A stretch of DNA of 64,000 nt from Marsupella aquatica (Eukaryota; Plantae; Marchantiophyta): assembly GCA_973895155.1 (NCBI GenBank), contig OZ316894.1, positions 11,153,892 through 11,217,891 of the forward strand. The letters run 5' to 3'. The notes beneath the pieces were generated by a model, which was not told where the DNA came from, did not search any database, and worked only from the letters and a program-made list of their open reading frames with translations. The position numbers and the translations under genes were made by a program. Each line of letters opens with the position of its first letter. Positions within the stretch are counted from its first letter, which is position 1. This document shows, piece by piece, positions 37,217 to 50,200 of the stretch.

Positions 37217-39603
37217 TTAAAATCGGAAGGAAAATGAGGTAGAAGGTTTCGCTGGAGGCTTTCTTGATCCAAATTCGTCCTGCAACGACAAAGACCTGCA
37301 CATCAATAGTTCAAGCGATGGGTAAAGCTTAGGGTCACATGTCGTTGTGATGACTTTGTGCATCAAAGATTCGGTGATGAATCATAGTTCGACTTCTATA
37401 ATATTCGCTGACTACGAGATCACGAGAGAAATTCGCAGATCGCCAAATAGTGTGAAGGCCCCACAACACGGAAGGTCAAAAATCCCCTAACAAAACCCAT
37501 GCTTCAAGAGGCTCAACCGCTCCCATCTTTCAGGACCTAAACTAGTTACGATATCTCGACAATCACACATACAGCTTCGACCACCAGTAGAGTAGTTTTC
37601 CGAAAGAAGGCAGAAGATAAGTACCTCAACGAATTTAAGCCCCTTGGGCTTATAGCTTTGACACCCATTCCCCATGTGTCGAATAGATCGGCCAGTTCAT
37701 CTTGCTCTTCCTCATGTTCGTGAACCACGGTAAGCTCTGGCAATTTCCCTTTGTTATCAGTCGATGCTGATCCCGCGTCCTTGACTGCAATTACGTCGAT
37801 CTCTCCTTCAGTATTTGGAGCAACCTCCGTAGATTCGACAGGTTCGATGGCGGAAGGATCACTAGAACGCTCTACATCGGAATCACTTTCAGCTGCCAGC
37901 GCATTAAAGTCTAATTCATCCGGACTTGGGGTTTTCAATGGTGCACCAGGTGAATCTAGATACGAAGGAGAGTCTTCTCTCTGAAGTGAAATCTCATGCT
38001 TGTCTTTGAATTCCGTGTTCGTCACCAACCAGTCAGCAACATAAGACACCAAGGGACTGCTAATGTCATTCAAAATTGAAACCGCGCCGTGTACGCCAGG
38101 TACTCTGATCACAAAGCTGTAAAGTTTAAGGGATTCGCTCTTCACGATTGACTCACAGTCTACCCAGATATCTGCAGTAGAACCAACAACACCCCGTGTA
38201 CGCACCCTATCCAGAAGTATTAATGCTGTGTCAATCGGCTGGCCTGATAGGATTGCTTGAAACTGGGGAACGAAGTTCTCCGCGAAAGGTACATATGCAA
38301 TTGCAATATCACTCACTGCGTGAATCTGTGATCAATATCAACAAAACACCGTTCAGCTCCGAAGAAGTTTGAAGAAACCCTAAAACATGTCCTGTCTCCA
38401 ACCTACGCTAAAGGGCACTTAAGTACTGTTTTCATCTATTTCCGCAATACAAGAAAGAGAATGCGACCCTTCACGAGGCCAATATTTGATCAATCTACCC
38501 GACTTTCTATCTCACGGAACAGCGCAAAGGCTACGAATGAATGCAGAGAAGGACAACCGTCCTAGATGCAAAAGCTGACAGGAGTGCACAAATATCACCT
38601 TATTATCCACAAGAGACAGCAAATACAGGCCATCTTTCTCTACATGTGAAATTAGTGGTTCCAGCCACGGACTGAAGGTATCTTCAACATATCCAATAGA
38701 TGTCCCCACAATGGGCACTTCTCGTGCGTTCTTGACAACAATACGTGTTAACGCAGTTACCCTGCAACCCAAAGCTTCAAGAATTTTTGCTCTTTCTGGC
38801 GTACTATACTCCACCGATGCCTGCAACAACCAACATTGGAAATTTCACACATAAATATATGATGACAGTGCTCATTTTACGATTAGAAAAATAGCAACCC
38901 AGAGGAAGAAATTAAAATGTACGAAAATGGCCCATAGAACAGAAAATAGTGTTCGACATCCAATAAAACCAAACAGTCGAAGAGCTCAATCCCGGTTCCG
39001 ATCCCGTCAGCGCCGAGGAACCAGCATAATCAAATTAGCAATATGCAGGGAGTGAACGAACATGCCTCATAATACACCGAAACCAGCTATAAAATTATCA
39101 TGACACAAAAATTCACAAACGAACAGGTTGCGACAATCAAGAGAAGATTGTCACTCAGTTCATCGAGAGCTCCCAGACAACTAAGGATTTCAAAAGTGAC
39201 TCCTCACAATTTTGACCTGGCATGCAGGCATCTTATAATCATAATGCTCTGAACCTGGGTGTTAGCTAGGTTCTGCCCCCACAACCGCCCGAGGCACAAA
39301 AAAAATTAAAGATCTTCTAACCATAATATAGAAGCCATGATTAATTGAGCTTGAACTCGTCGTACACCCGACAACTGAAAACAACTCTGGTACTTATACC
39401 GAACTGCGGGGTGCAACCCATGGGGACACTGAAACCTGTGGCTCACAATGAGATGCGAGCCTTGCCCTGGGAGGGACTCCCTAAGCACTGCACCAGTTGT
39501 GATGATCATCTCATCTAGAATTCTATACTGCTAGGAACAGTAAGATGGAAAAAGCGACAAATCTCACCATCGGCGAAGGCGATCTGGATGTGGTGGAACT
39601 CAT
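37217..39603 (-). CDS. REF/SRPP (LDAP, lipid-droplet-associated protein)-like protein, 345 aa; exons 39603-39568, 38820-38599, 38325-37625, 37295-37217
   Basis: Exons join in frame with GT-AG boundaries (MSSTTSRSPSPM|ASVEY...LLSLVDNK|IHAV...NSLR|SLSLQ...FRF*). IGYVEDTFSPWLEP...LLSLVDNK resembles REF/SRPP VQTVEGTVKTV..PVY...LLKFVDRK. A short first exon and a 222-nt second exon ending at that K match my recollection of the family gene structure. Probable 5'UTR introns upstream (donor ~39731). Confidence 0.72.
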
Positions 39604-40874
39604 TGTTCCTCAAATACTCTGCAAAACGAACAAGGACCATTTAATTTATCAGCCTCTCATTTTTCCGCATTCTCGCAAAGAAAGTTAGACCGTAATCCGC
39701 TGCAAAATCACCACTGCGTGCCGGTACTCACCTTCGATTTGTGAAGTACTTCTGCAGTCAAAAACTACAGTACTGTACGCGGCAATACAGGTTCTAGGGG
39801 TGACTGAAGATTTTCAGAAATACATTCTTATGAGCTTCAAGAATTTATGGTATGGAATGGCATACTTTTGACAACCCGATGCTAAAGAACGATAGCTCAC
39901 AATACAAAGATACTCTGGACTAGTGCAGTTGGTGTGAGAAAGTAAGTCACCATGCACTCGTCGAAGGTCTCTGCGAACTGCGCTTCCGTATCCCCACGTG
40001 AACTAAAGTAGTCTTGCAGAACGCTCCTAGTGCTTCAGCGTCTACCATTAGACAAAACTCGACTTCGCCTCTTCGTGAGGTTGATAAAAAGATTGCACTC
40101 CGCTCTTCGACTATTATCGACGCCTCGAAAATATCCAAGGGTACTTAAGGGGTACTAGAAACATGAACTCTGTCGCACGACTAAGTGAACAGGAGATTCA
40201 GTTCAATATGCCTTAATTTTCCTCCGCAAAATAGATCGATTTCGATTGAGGTACGATTGTCTTTCAGAAAGATATCCGAATGTATAGTAGACCTCAGCCC
40301 GAAGTCTCAAGGATATTGGCAACGACTCGCAAAGCTGATTTCCGTAGTAACATGTACCTCAAAATCCCTGCCTGTCACCTTCCCACCACACCAACTGCTC
40401 CGTAGAAAATCCAGTTCCGCAATTTCGCAGTACGCCAATTCGCCAACATGCCTCTCACCAGACACTGCGCCCGGCCTCGCACAACGCTTCCACTCCAAGA
40501 ATTATCCTGTGGCAAATGAAGCTGCGAGTTTGATTCTCACTCCACAGCCGGTCACAGGGACCCTGCGTGTGCTCCTAGAAGCCTGAAATTCGGACAACGC
40601 GTCGACGACGGGGTCCTCTCATCAACACTCAATCAGCTCAGCCCGTCGTCGACGAATGCGCTCCCGCAACGGTAGCGCCACTCAACGGCAGTCTTTCCCC
40701 GACCCCGCGAAATCGAACAAGCAAACGTCTCCCGCAATCAATCGACGCCAATCTCGCCCACCAGCTCCGAACGAATTTCCCTCCCCCCCAAACCAAACCA
40801 CCATAACGATAAGTATCCCAAGTTTACCCGTCTCAGCACGCTCTTGTCATAATTCCACCACTATCCGACCTAGA

Positions 40875-40877
<3 letters not shown>

Positions 40878-40908
<31 letters not shown>

Positions 40909-41093
40909 TTGCGCACCTGGGGCAATTGGCGTGTTGGACGAGAGAACCACTGCGCGGAAGATTTCAGACGGGAACGGAGGCGAAACATATTACAACAACT
41001 TCGACACACGAGAAAAAAAAAAACCTCGGGCGCGAGCTTGGACGGTCCGTCGCTTTCGTCCTCTCCTAGCGCTGCTGCTGCTGCTGCTGCTGC
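40878..41093. repeat. (CT)n and (CTG)n microsatellites in the probable 5'UTR/promoter of the LDAP-like gene
   Basis: (CT)~14 at ~40878-40906; (GCT)~7 at ~41071-41092. Confidence 0.9.
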
Positions 41094-42909
41094 ACCTCTA
41101 CATTACAACTGTAGCACGTCGTACCCACTCCATCCAACCCATCCACCGCGCAAGCAAGCGCAGACACAGCATTCGAATTGTCTCGCCTCGGCGGTACTTT
41201 CCTTCTCGTTGTCTACGGTGATTTTATAATAATACAAGTACTTTGCCTCCGCATCGCATTGCCCGCCCTGCCCTGCCCTGCCCTGCCTCCTCCCTTACAC
41301 ACGCCATCCTTCGTCAAATCATCAAATGTACATTCAAGTTGTCCTCCGTGTGTATACAATATCATGTAGTATCATCATCATCATCAATCAATCACTATAA
41401 GAAACAATCCCTCCAAATTGAGGGATGGTTTCTTTACAAGAAAGAAAGAAAAAAAGGGGGAGAAAATAATAATAATTGTTCACAAAATATGAGTTTGGGC
41501 ACTATCTCACCCACCTGCCTAAGCTACCCACATATGTCATTGACTTTGTTGCATGTTTAGAGGAGTCCAAATTACTATTTGAGTGGCATATGCCATGACC
41601 ATCAATGGGGCCTCACCTGGGCCTTTGTGCCTTGCCTCATCTTTTTTTTTGCCTAAACATCTATGTTTCACCTTGACATTTTTTCTCTCTCCTTGATATC
41701 TATTTTTCTTGTCATATCTTTTCCTGACCTCTTTAGAATTTTTTATACCCTCTTTTGTGGTCTGCGCAGCAGGGCTCAAGGAGGAAACAAATGCTTCTCA
41801 TTACCTTAAAGGTCTTTTTTACCCACTAGCATTGGAGGTCTTTGGGGCATTTCTCTCTATCTTCAGCAGTTTGCTTGATTGTGCTGTTTTCATGTAAAGC
41901 GAAGGCCTTATATCCCAGTTTTAGTCTTCATTGGCTTTATTTGACAGGGTAGAGGGCTCAGGCATTCAGGATACTTCAAATGGGCCAAGGCAGTTAGTTT
42001 TATGGCCTCTAGGCAAATTCCTCTTCATGGTCCTCCTCTAAGGATTATTTCAACACTCTACCAGGATTTTCAATTTGGTGCTCAATAGGGCTTTAGTTCT
42101 TTTGCCATTATAGAGGATTGTGGGCTTTTTTGTTTCTTGGGCTCCTGGGTTTTCCCCTTCTATCTCCCCTTCAATAGATCTCTTGCATTTGGGATCCTCT
42201 TCCTTATATCCCAGCCACTATCGTGGGTCCTTTTGTTCTTTGGCAGTTTGACACACACACCAGGCTAACATTAGCCAACTTTAGAGAGAATGATGTGATC
42301 TGGGTTATCTTTTATATTCTCGTTTTGGTCTATGACTATTGACAATTTTGGGGCTGCATGTTGAGCATAGACGACATTCGTAACGGCAAGCCCATGAACC
42401 ATCCAACGCACAATAGTCGACACAGAGAGATACGTGGTTCACCTCCACATGAGGCTACGTCCACGGGAACACACAAGAGCTTTACTGCACTCTAGGCCGA
42501 CCGGCCATACCAAGCATCCACAGCACAAGCTCTCCCTATCTCTCAACTAGCTCCGTAACAATGAGCCTAAGTTCCACCAGGGTCTGACATCAGCCCTGGC
42601 TATATGCACACCAGCACTACCGCTAACATTAGCTAAGTCCTAACCCGAGTTAGACTAACTGTGGTTAGCTCATGAGTCACAAGACTAGAGCAATATCTAA
42701 CAAACTCCCCCTTGGCTCTTATCTTGGGGACTGAACTAAATGCTACCATATGAAATCCTCAGCGGGAAGTTCTAGACAATCACCAAACCAGGTCTCCCCC
42801 TAAAAACCACAAGGGTTAACTAAGGGTTAACTAGAACTGAGCCGTAGCCTAATAGGAATGAGTAATCCATATACAAATAGTCACACATTGTTAAATAACT
42901 CTACTTGCA

Positions 42910-45900
42910 CTACAACTGCAAAACTTGCAAAGTAGCACGGTGTCTTGAGAAACTCTCCAAAGGAATCACTTTGGTAAACGCATCAGCGGAATTGAGCTTT
43001 CCATCAATCTTGACTAGCTCAAAAGTTTTATCAGACACTGCTTGCCTGATAAAATGGTACCTGATATCAATGTGATTCACCCTGCTATCCATCACCTGGT
43101 TAGCAGCCAAGTGAAGAGCACTCTGACTATCACAGTTTAGAGTCATTTTTCCATGCTCTAAACTCATCTCCGCGATCAACTTATCCAACCAAATTGCTTC
43201 CTTTGCTGCTTCTGCTGCTGCAACATACTCTACTTCTATAGTAGACTGAGAAATGCACTTCTGCAAGGTAGATTTCCAACTGATACATCCTCCTCCAAGA
43301 GTGTATACAAACCCAGTTGTAGACCTCCTTGTATCCAGACAGCCTCCATAGTCAGAATCTACATAGCCAACCAACGTTCTATCTGATCTGTTATCAAATA
43401 GTAATCCATAGTCCTGTGTTCCCTTCACATACCTGAGAATCCATTTCACAGCTTCCCAATGTACCTTCCCTGGATTTGACATGAATCTGCTAACCTTGCC
43501 CATTGCTAGGGCCAAGTTAGGCCTAGTACAAGTCATCAAATACATCAGACTATCTACTGCCTTCTCATAAGGAATCTTAGCCATCAGACCTTTCTCCACA
43601 GCATCCGTAGGAGAGAAAGCCGATGATAACTTAAAATGTAAAGCTAAAGGAATACTCACTGGCTTGTAGTTCTCCATGTTGAATCGTGCAAGTACTTTCC
43701 TCGCATACTGGCCTTGACTCAAGCACAACTGTCCAATATCAGAGTTCCTAAAAATCTCCATCCCTAAGATCCTCTTGGCCTTACCAAGATCCTTCATCCT
43801 GAATTCAGCACTCAATTTTGCCTTGAGACTGTCAACCTCAGATTGATCTTTAGCCACAATCAGCATGTCATCCACATAGATCACCAGAATGATGAAACCA
43901 AATACATCATTCTTGACTGATTTCGTATACACACAAGGATCATACACCATCCTTGTAAAACCTTGAGCAAACATGAAATCATGAAACCGCTTGTTCCATT
44001 ATCTGGGAGACTGCTTCAATCCATACAAGGACTTGAGCAATCTGCAAACTAAGTTCTCTTGGCCCTTCTTCATAAAGCCTAGTGGCTGTCTCATGAAGAT
44101 CATCTCTTCCAAATTGCCATAGAGAAAAGCAATAATAACATCCATCTGATCCATCACCAGACCAAAAAACACAACAAGCTGACACAAGATCCGAATTGTA
44201 GAATACTTAGCCACTGGTGAAAAGACCTCATTGTAATCCACTCCTTTCTCCTGAGTGAATCCCTTGGCAACAAGCCTTGCCTTGTAGATCTTATCACCAC
44301 CCTCTGAAGGACTGTCCTTCAACTTGTAAATCCACTTGCTGTCCACCACTTGTTGACCTCTTGGAAGCTCCACCAGTTCCCATGTTTTGTTGTCACTCAA
44401 AGATTGCAACTCCCTTTGCATTGTTGCATTTCACTCATGCTTCTGCTCTGAAGCACAAGCCTCACTGTACGAAGAAGGCTCTCCTTCTTCCAAGATCAAA
44501 GCCATGTCATCTTCATCAAGTGCAATGTCAATATCATCTAGCTTAGATGAGTCTGCCCATTGACCATACCTGGTAGGAGCTCTAGTAGAACGATTGGAAG
44601 TTCTTCTAGTAGATGACTCAGGCTGATCTGCTGCTGCTGCTGGTTGAATTTGAGGTACCCCAGCAACAATCTGCTCCTCTTGTTCCATCACAGGAACCAG
44701 CTCCAAGCCCGAAGCTTCTCCATCTCTCCTGTCATGAACAACATCATGACTAATCTCCCCCTCAACCCCGTCCGGGATGGGAGATTTCCCCTTGTCAGTA
44801 TGGGAGTCCTGAGAACTCTCCCCCTCCTTTGATGATCTGGATTCATTAAAGGACACATCTCTATTGATAATTAGCTTACAGGTTACTGGATCCCATAACC
44901 TATAACCCTTCACACCTTTCTGATAGCCAAGGAAAATGCACTTCTTCGACTTGGACTCCAGCTTGGATCGAAGCTGGGAAGGTGTAAGCACATAAGCATC
45001 ACATCCAAAAATCCTCAGATGTGAGTAATCTACCGGACGCCCGTACCTCATTTCAAATGGCGTCTTGAATCCAATAGAACTGGATGGAGAAAAATTTACC
45101 AAATAAGTTGTAGTGTTGACAGCTTCAGCCCAAAACTCATGTGGTAAGCATGATTGATTCAACATACTCCTCGAGCGGTCCAATAGTGTTCGGTTGAGTC
45201 TCTCAGAAACACCATTCTGCTGAGGAGTATAACTTGTTGTGAGATGGCGGGTAATCCCCTGCTCCTTACAATACATTCCAAATTCCCCGGAATTGTATTC
45301 ACCGCCGTTATCCGATCGAAGATATCTCACCTTATTACCAGTCTGATTCTCTACTTGGGCTTTCCACTCTTTAAAAGTGGCAAAAACATCAGACTTATTG
45401 TGTAGAAAGTATATCCACACATACCTTGAGTAATCGTCTATGAACGTGACATAGTATAACTGTCCATAATGTGAGGGAGTAGGGGCTGGACCCCACACAT
45501 CACTATGTACATACTCAAGTACCTCCTTGCTGGTGTGAGTTCCAACTCCGAAGAGTTTCCTGTGCTGCTTCCCTAGCACACAGTGCTCACAAAATTCCAA
45601 CTTACAAGATTGCAAATTAGAAAGTAATCCTTTCTTTTGAAGAATAACCAAACCTTTTTCACTCATGTGGCCCAAACGGAAGTGCCACAGCCGGGCCGTC
45701 TCCTCATGAGATAAGGTTACATTGGCTTTATCACAGACTACATTGCCCTCCAAAACGTATAGATTGCTATGTCTATTTCCCTTCAATACAACTTTAGTAC
45801 CAGTTGAAACCTGAAGGACACCATTAGCAGAACTCCACTGATGGCCATTTGCTTCTAAAACTCCAAGTGAAATGAGATTTTTTATCATGCTGGGAATATG

Positions 45901-47284
45901 TCTTACATTCCTCAATGTTCTCACAGCACCATCAAACATCTGAAATCTTACAGATCCAAGTCCAACAACTTGACATGGGATTCCATTTCCCATCAACACT
46001 GACCCATTGGAAACCGTGTAAGAATTAAAACAATCTCTCCTAGAGCAAATGTGAAAAGTACATGCACTATCTAGAATCCAATCATCACTACTTGGATTTG
46101 ACACTACGTTGAGAGCATAACCTTGACATCACAATATGTCATCATCATCGAGTAAATCTACCTCATGCGAGCTCGATGCCGCGTTAGCAGAGGCAGTAGG
46201 GACCTTTACTCGACAATCCCTTTTCATGTGGCCCTCAGGGGGTTGACTATAAAAAATCTTAGGAACCACGTGCGATCCAAAATAGGTATTTTGGATAGAA
46301 CTTAACTAAATTTTTAAAATGCATAGGAGGCAAAAGAAGGTATTATAAACTCATGTTTATAGAATATTCTCTAATATATACCTTTTATAAAGTAAAATAG
46401 GTTATTAATATTAAAAATAGAGAATATTTTTAGAATATTTTCTTTATAAAATAGGTCTATTTATATTAGGCTAGGATCGCACATGGTACCCCAAAATATA
46501 CACTTAGTTAACCCCCCGAGATGTGGCCTGGCTTGCCACAATTCCAACATGCAAGAGGCTTCCTCTCTTGCAATTTTCCTCTGGATTTAGATCTCCTACG
46601 TGATGTAGATCTAAAGTTGTTCTGCCCATTTGTGCGTTGCGTTGCTCTTCCCCTGTTCACATTGAGCGCAGTGCCAGAAGAAGATGCTGTTTGTGATTGA
46701 CCCAGCTTCTTCTGAGCATCATCAGACAGTAATGAGCTCACCACTTCATTATACGAAATGGACTTCAGATCTCTATACAAGAGCACTTGTTTCAAGCCCT
46801 GATATGACGGCGGTAAGGAGCTTAGCAGAAGTAAGGCCTTATCCTCATCTTCAACTCCTTTTCCCAAGTTTGACAGATCAACCGCTAGACTGTCAAACTC
46901 ATCCAGGTGATCCTGCATCTTGCTCCCTTCCTTGAGCCTGAGGCTCATCAAGAAAGACTTCTTGTACAGCCGATCTGACGCATCTTCCCGGTAGTACTTC
47001 TCTCTTAGAGCCTTGAACAGTGACGCGCAATCCGCATAATCATCCAGTTGCTTGATGATGTGCGGCTTGAGATATAGCATCACTGCATTGACAACAATCA
47101 CCTGCTCCTGTCTCCACTGCCTCATTGAAATCTCCTCCTCTCCATCATACTGCTCTCGCGATGAAAGCAGATGAGCTAAGCCCATGGCCCGTAGAACACC
47201 CTTCACTTGCTTCTCCCAAAGCAAGTAATCAGTACGACCATCGTACTTCTCCACCTCAAACTTCACTCCTCCAAATTTAGCCAT
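42910..47284 (-). pseudogene. Copia gag-pol polyprotein, interrupted by three in-frame stops and a nested insertion
   Basis: Gag start MAKFGGVKFEVEKYDG; zinc knuckle CWNCGKPGHMKRDC (after removing the insert); protease WILDSAC; integrase HSDVWGP/RSDNGGEY; RT YVDDML; RNase H DSDYGG. Stops at 46131-46129, 44433-44431 and 44001-43999 all lie in one frame. Confidence 0.96.
46234..46520. mobile_element. 287-bp AT-rich TIR element (MITE) inserted in the copia gag zinc knuckle
   Basis: Exact 8-bp TSD ATGTGGCC (46226-46233, 46521-46528); TIRs CTCAGGGGGTTGACTA / TAGTTAACCCCCCGAG (14/16); subterminal inverted repeat GGAACCACGTGCGATCC / GGATCGCACATGGTACC. Confidence 0.95.
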
Positions 47285-50200
47285 CTCCCTCTTCTTCCCT
47301 ACTACCGACAGCTCTGGTAGTAACACAGCTTTCTCCACTGCACGCCACACCGGTGATCATACCGGTGTTACAAGTTCCTCCTCAAATGGTAGCAGCTCCT
47401 CCTCGGACTCTCCGTCTGACCGTCGCGATCCTAAAGCTCTACCAACGCCAATTCTTCCAGTATCCTCCGAGTCACTCATATGAAACAATCACGAAAAAAC
47501 GTCTTTTTTCGAAACTTCTCATAAAACTCAAAACTCAACACCGCCGTGTAGCCCACGAAGCTAGGAGTCCAATACTGAAAGCCAAAATCAAAATCAAAAT
47601 TTGACAAAAAAGTTATTCAAATTTCGGTCGGGGTGGGTAAAACCTTGGGAAACTCCCCCGTTTTGACCACCTCGGAGAATAACCAAAATACCAAGTACAA
47701 CCTGTCGTCGAAATCGCGATGTGATCAGTGCGCAGCGTTGCTAACACCAGTGGCAACGTTCTCACCAAAAAAGAACCAAAAAAGTTACCATTCGGAGGAC
47801 GGAATCTTTGTCGGACGGCCAAAAAACAGCTCTCTGTTTTTTGGGAATATTCTCGCACAGTCCGACAGGTCTCACAGGGGGCCGTTCCCCCTGTCGGAGC
47901 GGTTAAAACGGAGGGTCACAGGGCCCGGGACAGCCAATAGAAGAGCCGGCAAGAAAAAGACAAAAAAATGGCCCTAAAGGGGTGCAAAGCACCCTAAATC
48001 CAAAAAATATGAGTATAAAAGGCGCATCCGCGTATAGGCGACGCGAGGCGCGCCAGGGGGTGTACAGGGCATCGAGGTGGGAGCCGGGAGTAAAAATACG
48101 GCTGCGTACGCAGCCGCGTACAGAGTATGGCCGGACCAGGGAGAACGTCGAGCACAAGAGGGCGAGGTGATCGGCTGCCTTCGGCAACTCTCAGCCGCTG
48201 CGCGACTACAGGCAGTTAGACGACGGGGGATAAAGGCAGGGCCGTGCCAGGCAGGGGCTAGGGGGTGGGGGCGAGCGATGGCAGGGCGAGGTGAGGGGCT
48301 CGGAAGCGGGCCGGAGGAGGGCTAGCCGGGGCGCGCACCGACCGGCGCTGCGGACCCCGCCAAAAAAATCGGGGTGCGTAGCGGGGAGGGGGGGGCGCGG
48401 TAAAAACACGGGGCCGAGAGGAGGTATGAGGTGTGTATACACACACCAAGTGACCCCCTTAAAGCCAAAATTAGACCCTAAAGCAAAAAATGCCGAGTAC
48501 TCAACTTAGCAGCCGCCGTTTTAAACAAGGAAACAACGAGTTACCTTCGGGAAATGTTGCCGAATCACACCGGCGCCATCTGCAACTCCAGCACTGTAAA
48601 AACTTCCGCCGCGTCGCCTTCACTCCGCGTCAAGTGCCAATCCCAGGCCCAAAACGACCACCTCGCCGCGATCAACCCGTTGAGCCGTAGCACTTTGCAT
48701 TTCTTCCACCAAGTCGGACATCACGAAGAGAAACCCGATTCAGATGTGAACAAGCTCCATAGCTTGTGAAAAAACCTGAACGCCTCCTTCACTTGTCACG
48801 TCGCACTCGGTAACAACTCGGTAGCAATCCTGCTACCGAAACGACCAGCTCGCATCAACCTTCAACTTAAGCTATAATGTGCAATCCCTCCCGCACCGCA
48901 CAGCTCACACCGTTGAAAAATGCAAACTCTGGTCTCTCCCCGAAAATACCGTCGAACACGAATAAAACCTGAACGACGCAAACTTCAATTCCTTCGCACC
49001 ACGGATACCAATCAGCGAGTTCTAACCACCGTTAGAAAGCCCTCTCACTAACCTATCCACACAGCCACACACATTTGAGTTTTATGTGACGAAACTCCGA
49101 ATGTGCCACCGACAATGAACGCTGGATAAACCTATCATGAAAAAACCTCGTCACCTCCCAGGCATGCTCTGATACCACTTGTTGAGCATAGACGACATTC
49201 GTAACGGCAAGCCCATGAACCATCCAACGCACAATAGTCGACACAGAGAGATACGTGGTTCACCTCCACATGAGGCTACGTCCACGGGAACACACAAGAG
49301 CTTTACTGCACTCTAGGCTGACCAGCCATACCAAGCATCCACAGCACAAGCTCTCCCTATCTCTCAACTAGCTCCGTAACAATGAGCCTAAGTTCCACCA
49401 GGGTCTGACATCAGCCCTGGCTATATGCACACCAGCACTACCGCTAACATTAGCTAAGTCCTAACCCGAGTTAGACTAACTGTGGTTAGCTCATGAGTCA
49501 CAAGACTAGAGCAATATCTAACACTGCAGGGATTAACTTAGACAGTATGTATCTTAGGATACCACATGTAATTCTGGCTTAATTTAAATACCGGTTGTTG
49601 CCCAAACTGTGCGCAAATGATTTCAAGATAAATACCAAAAATGGGCCTATTTTTCCCTGCAGGCTATGGTTGTTGCTGTAGACCTTCCGTATGGGGGAGG
49701 TGGAGGTGCAAGGTTTGAAACCCCCTGGAGGTGTAATGTAATTTACGCAAACCCCACCAGAAGTACATAGGTTCAAACAAAGCTATTGACACTTAAACTA
49801 AAAAATGATACTTGTTCAGTTTTCGTGGGCAGCAGACAGGCAGTGGACTTCCAAATGCCATACCTGACTTTCCAGGGACTCGCCTGGCTGAGACTTATTC
49901 TAGCTAGCTACTCGGGGCGGTTATATAGTTAGATGAAGTCTTCATCAAGGGCTGAGTTTTGCAAGGCTATTTCTGGGTGACTATATCCCAAGCCTGTCCT
50001 CTCAGGCTTTCAGAGAATCTAAAAGGGCACGGAAAGAGTGTAAGAGGGTAGGGGGATTGTGTGACATCATTTGCTCTATAGTTGGCTAAAGTTAGCAAAG
50101 CATAGGTCAATAAAGACTTCTAGACCAAAAGAGAGTATAAAAGATGATCTGGATTGAGTCACATCATTGTCTTTAAAGTTGGATACTAAAGCTAACTAAG

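Larger units (their letters stand above)
42359..49523 (-). mobile_element. Full-length Ty1/copia LTR retrotransposon (Tnt1/Tork-like gag start), defective
   Basis: 344-bp LTRs (TG...CA) at 42359-42702 and 49180-49523 differing at 2 positions; 5-bp TSD CTGCA; tRNA-iMet PBS TGGTATCAGAGC (49177-49166); PPT GCCAAGGGGGAG beside the 3' LTR; domain order gag-PR-IN-RT-RNaseH. Confidence 0.99.

Noticed and set aside
46120-46140. Programmed stop-codon readthrough between gag and pol
   Set aside because: The TGA is followed by TGTCAA, not the CARYYA readthrough context. Two other nonsense codons in the same frame make simple mutation more likely.
47600-48770. Many overlapping short ORFs in the copia leader (possible extra or antisense gene)
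   Set aside because: Expected from stop-poor GC-rich DNA; low-complexity Arg/Pro/Gly translations with no domain.
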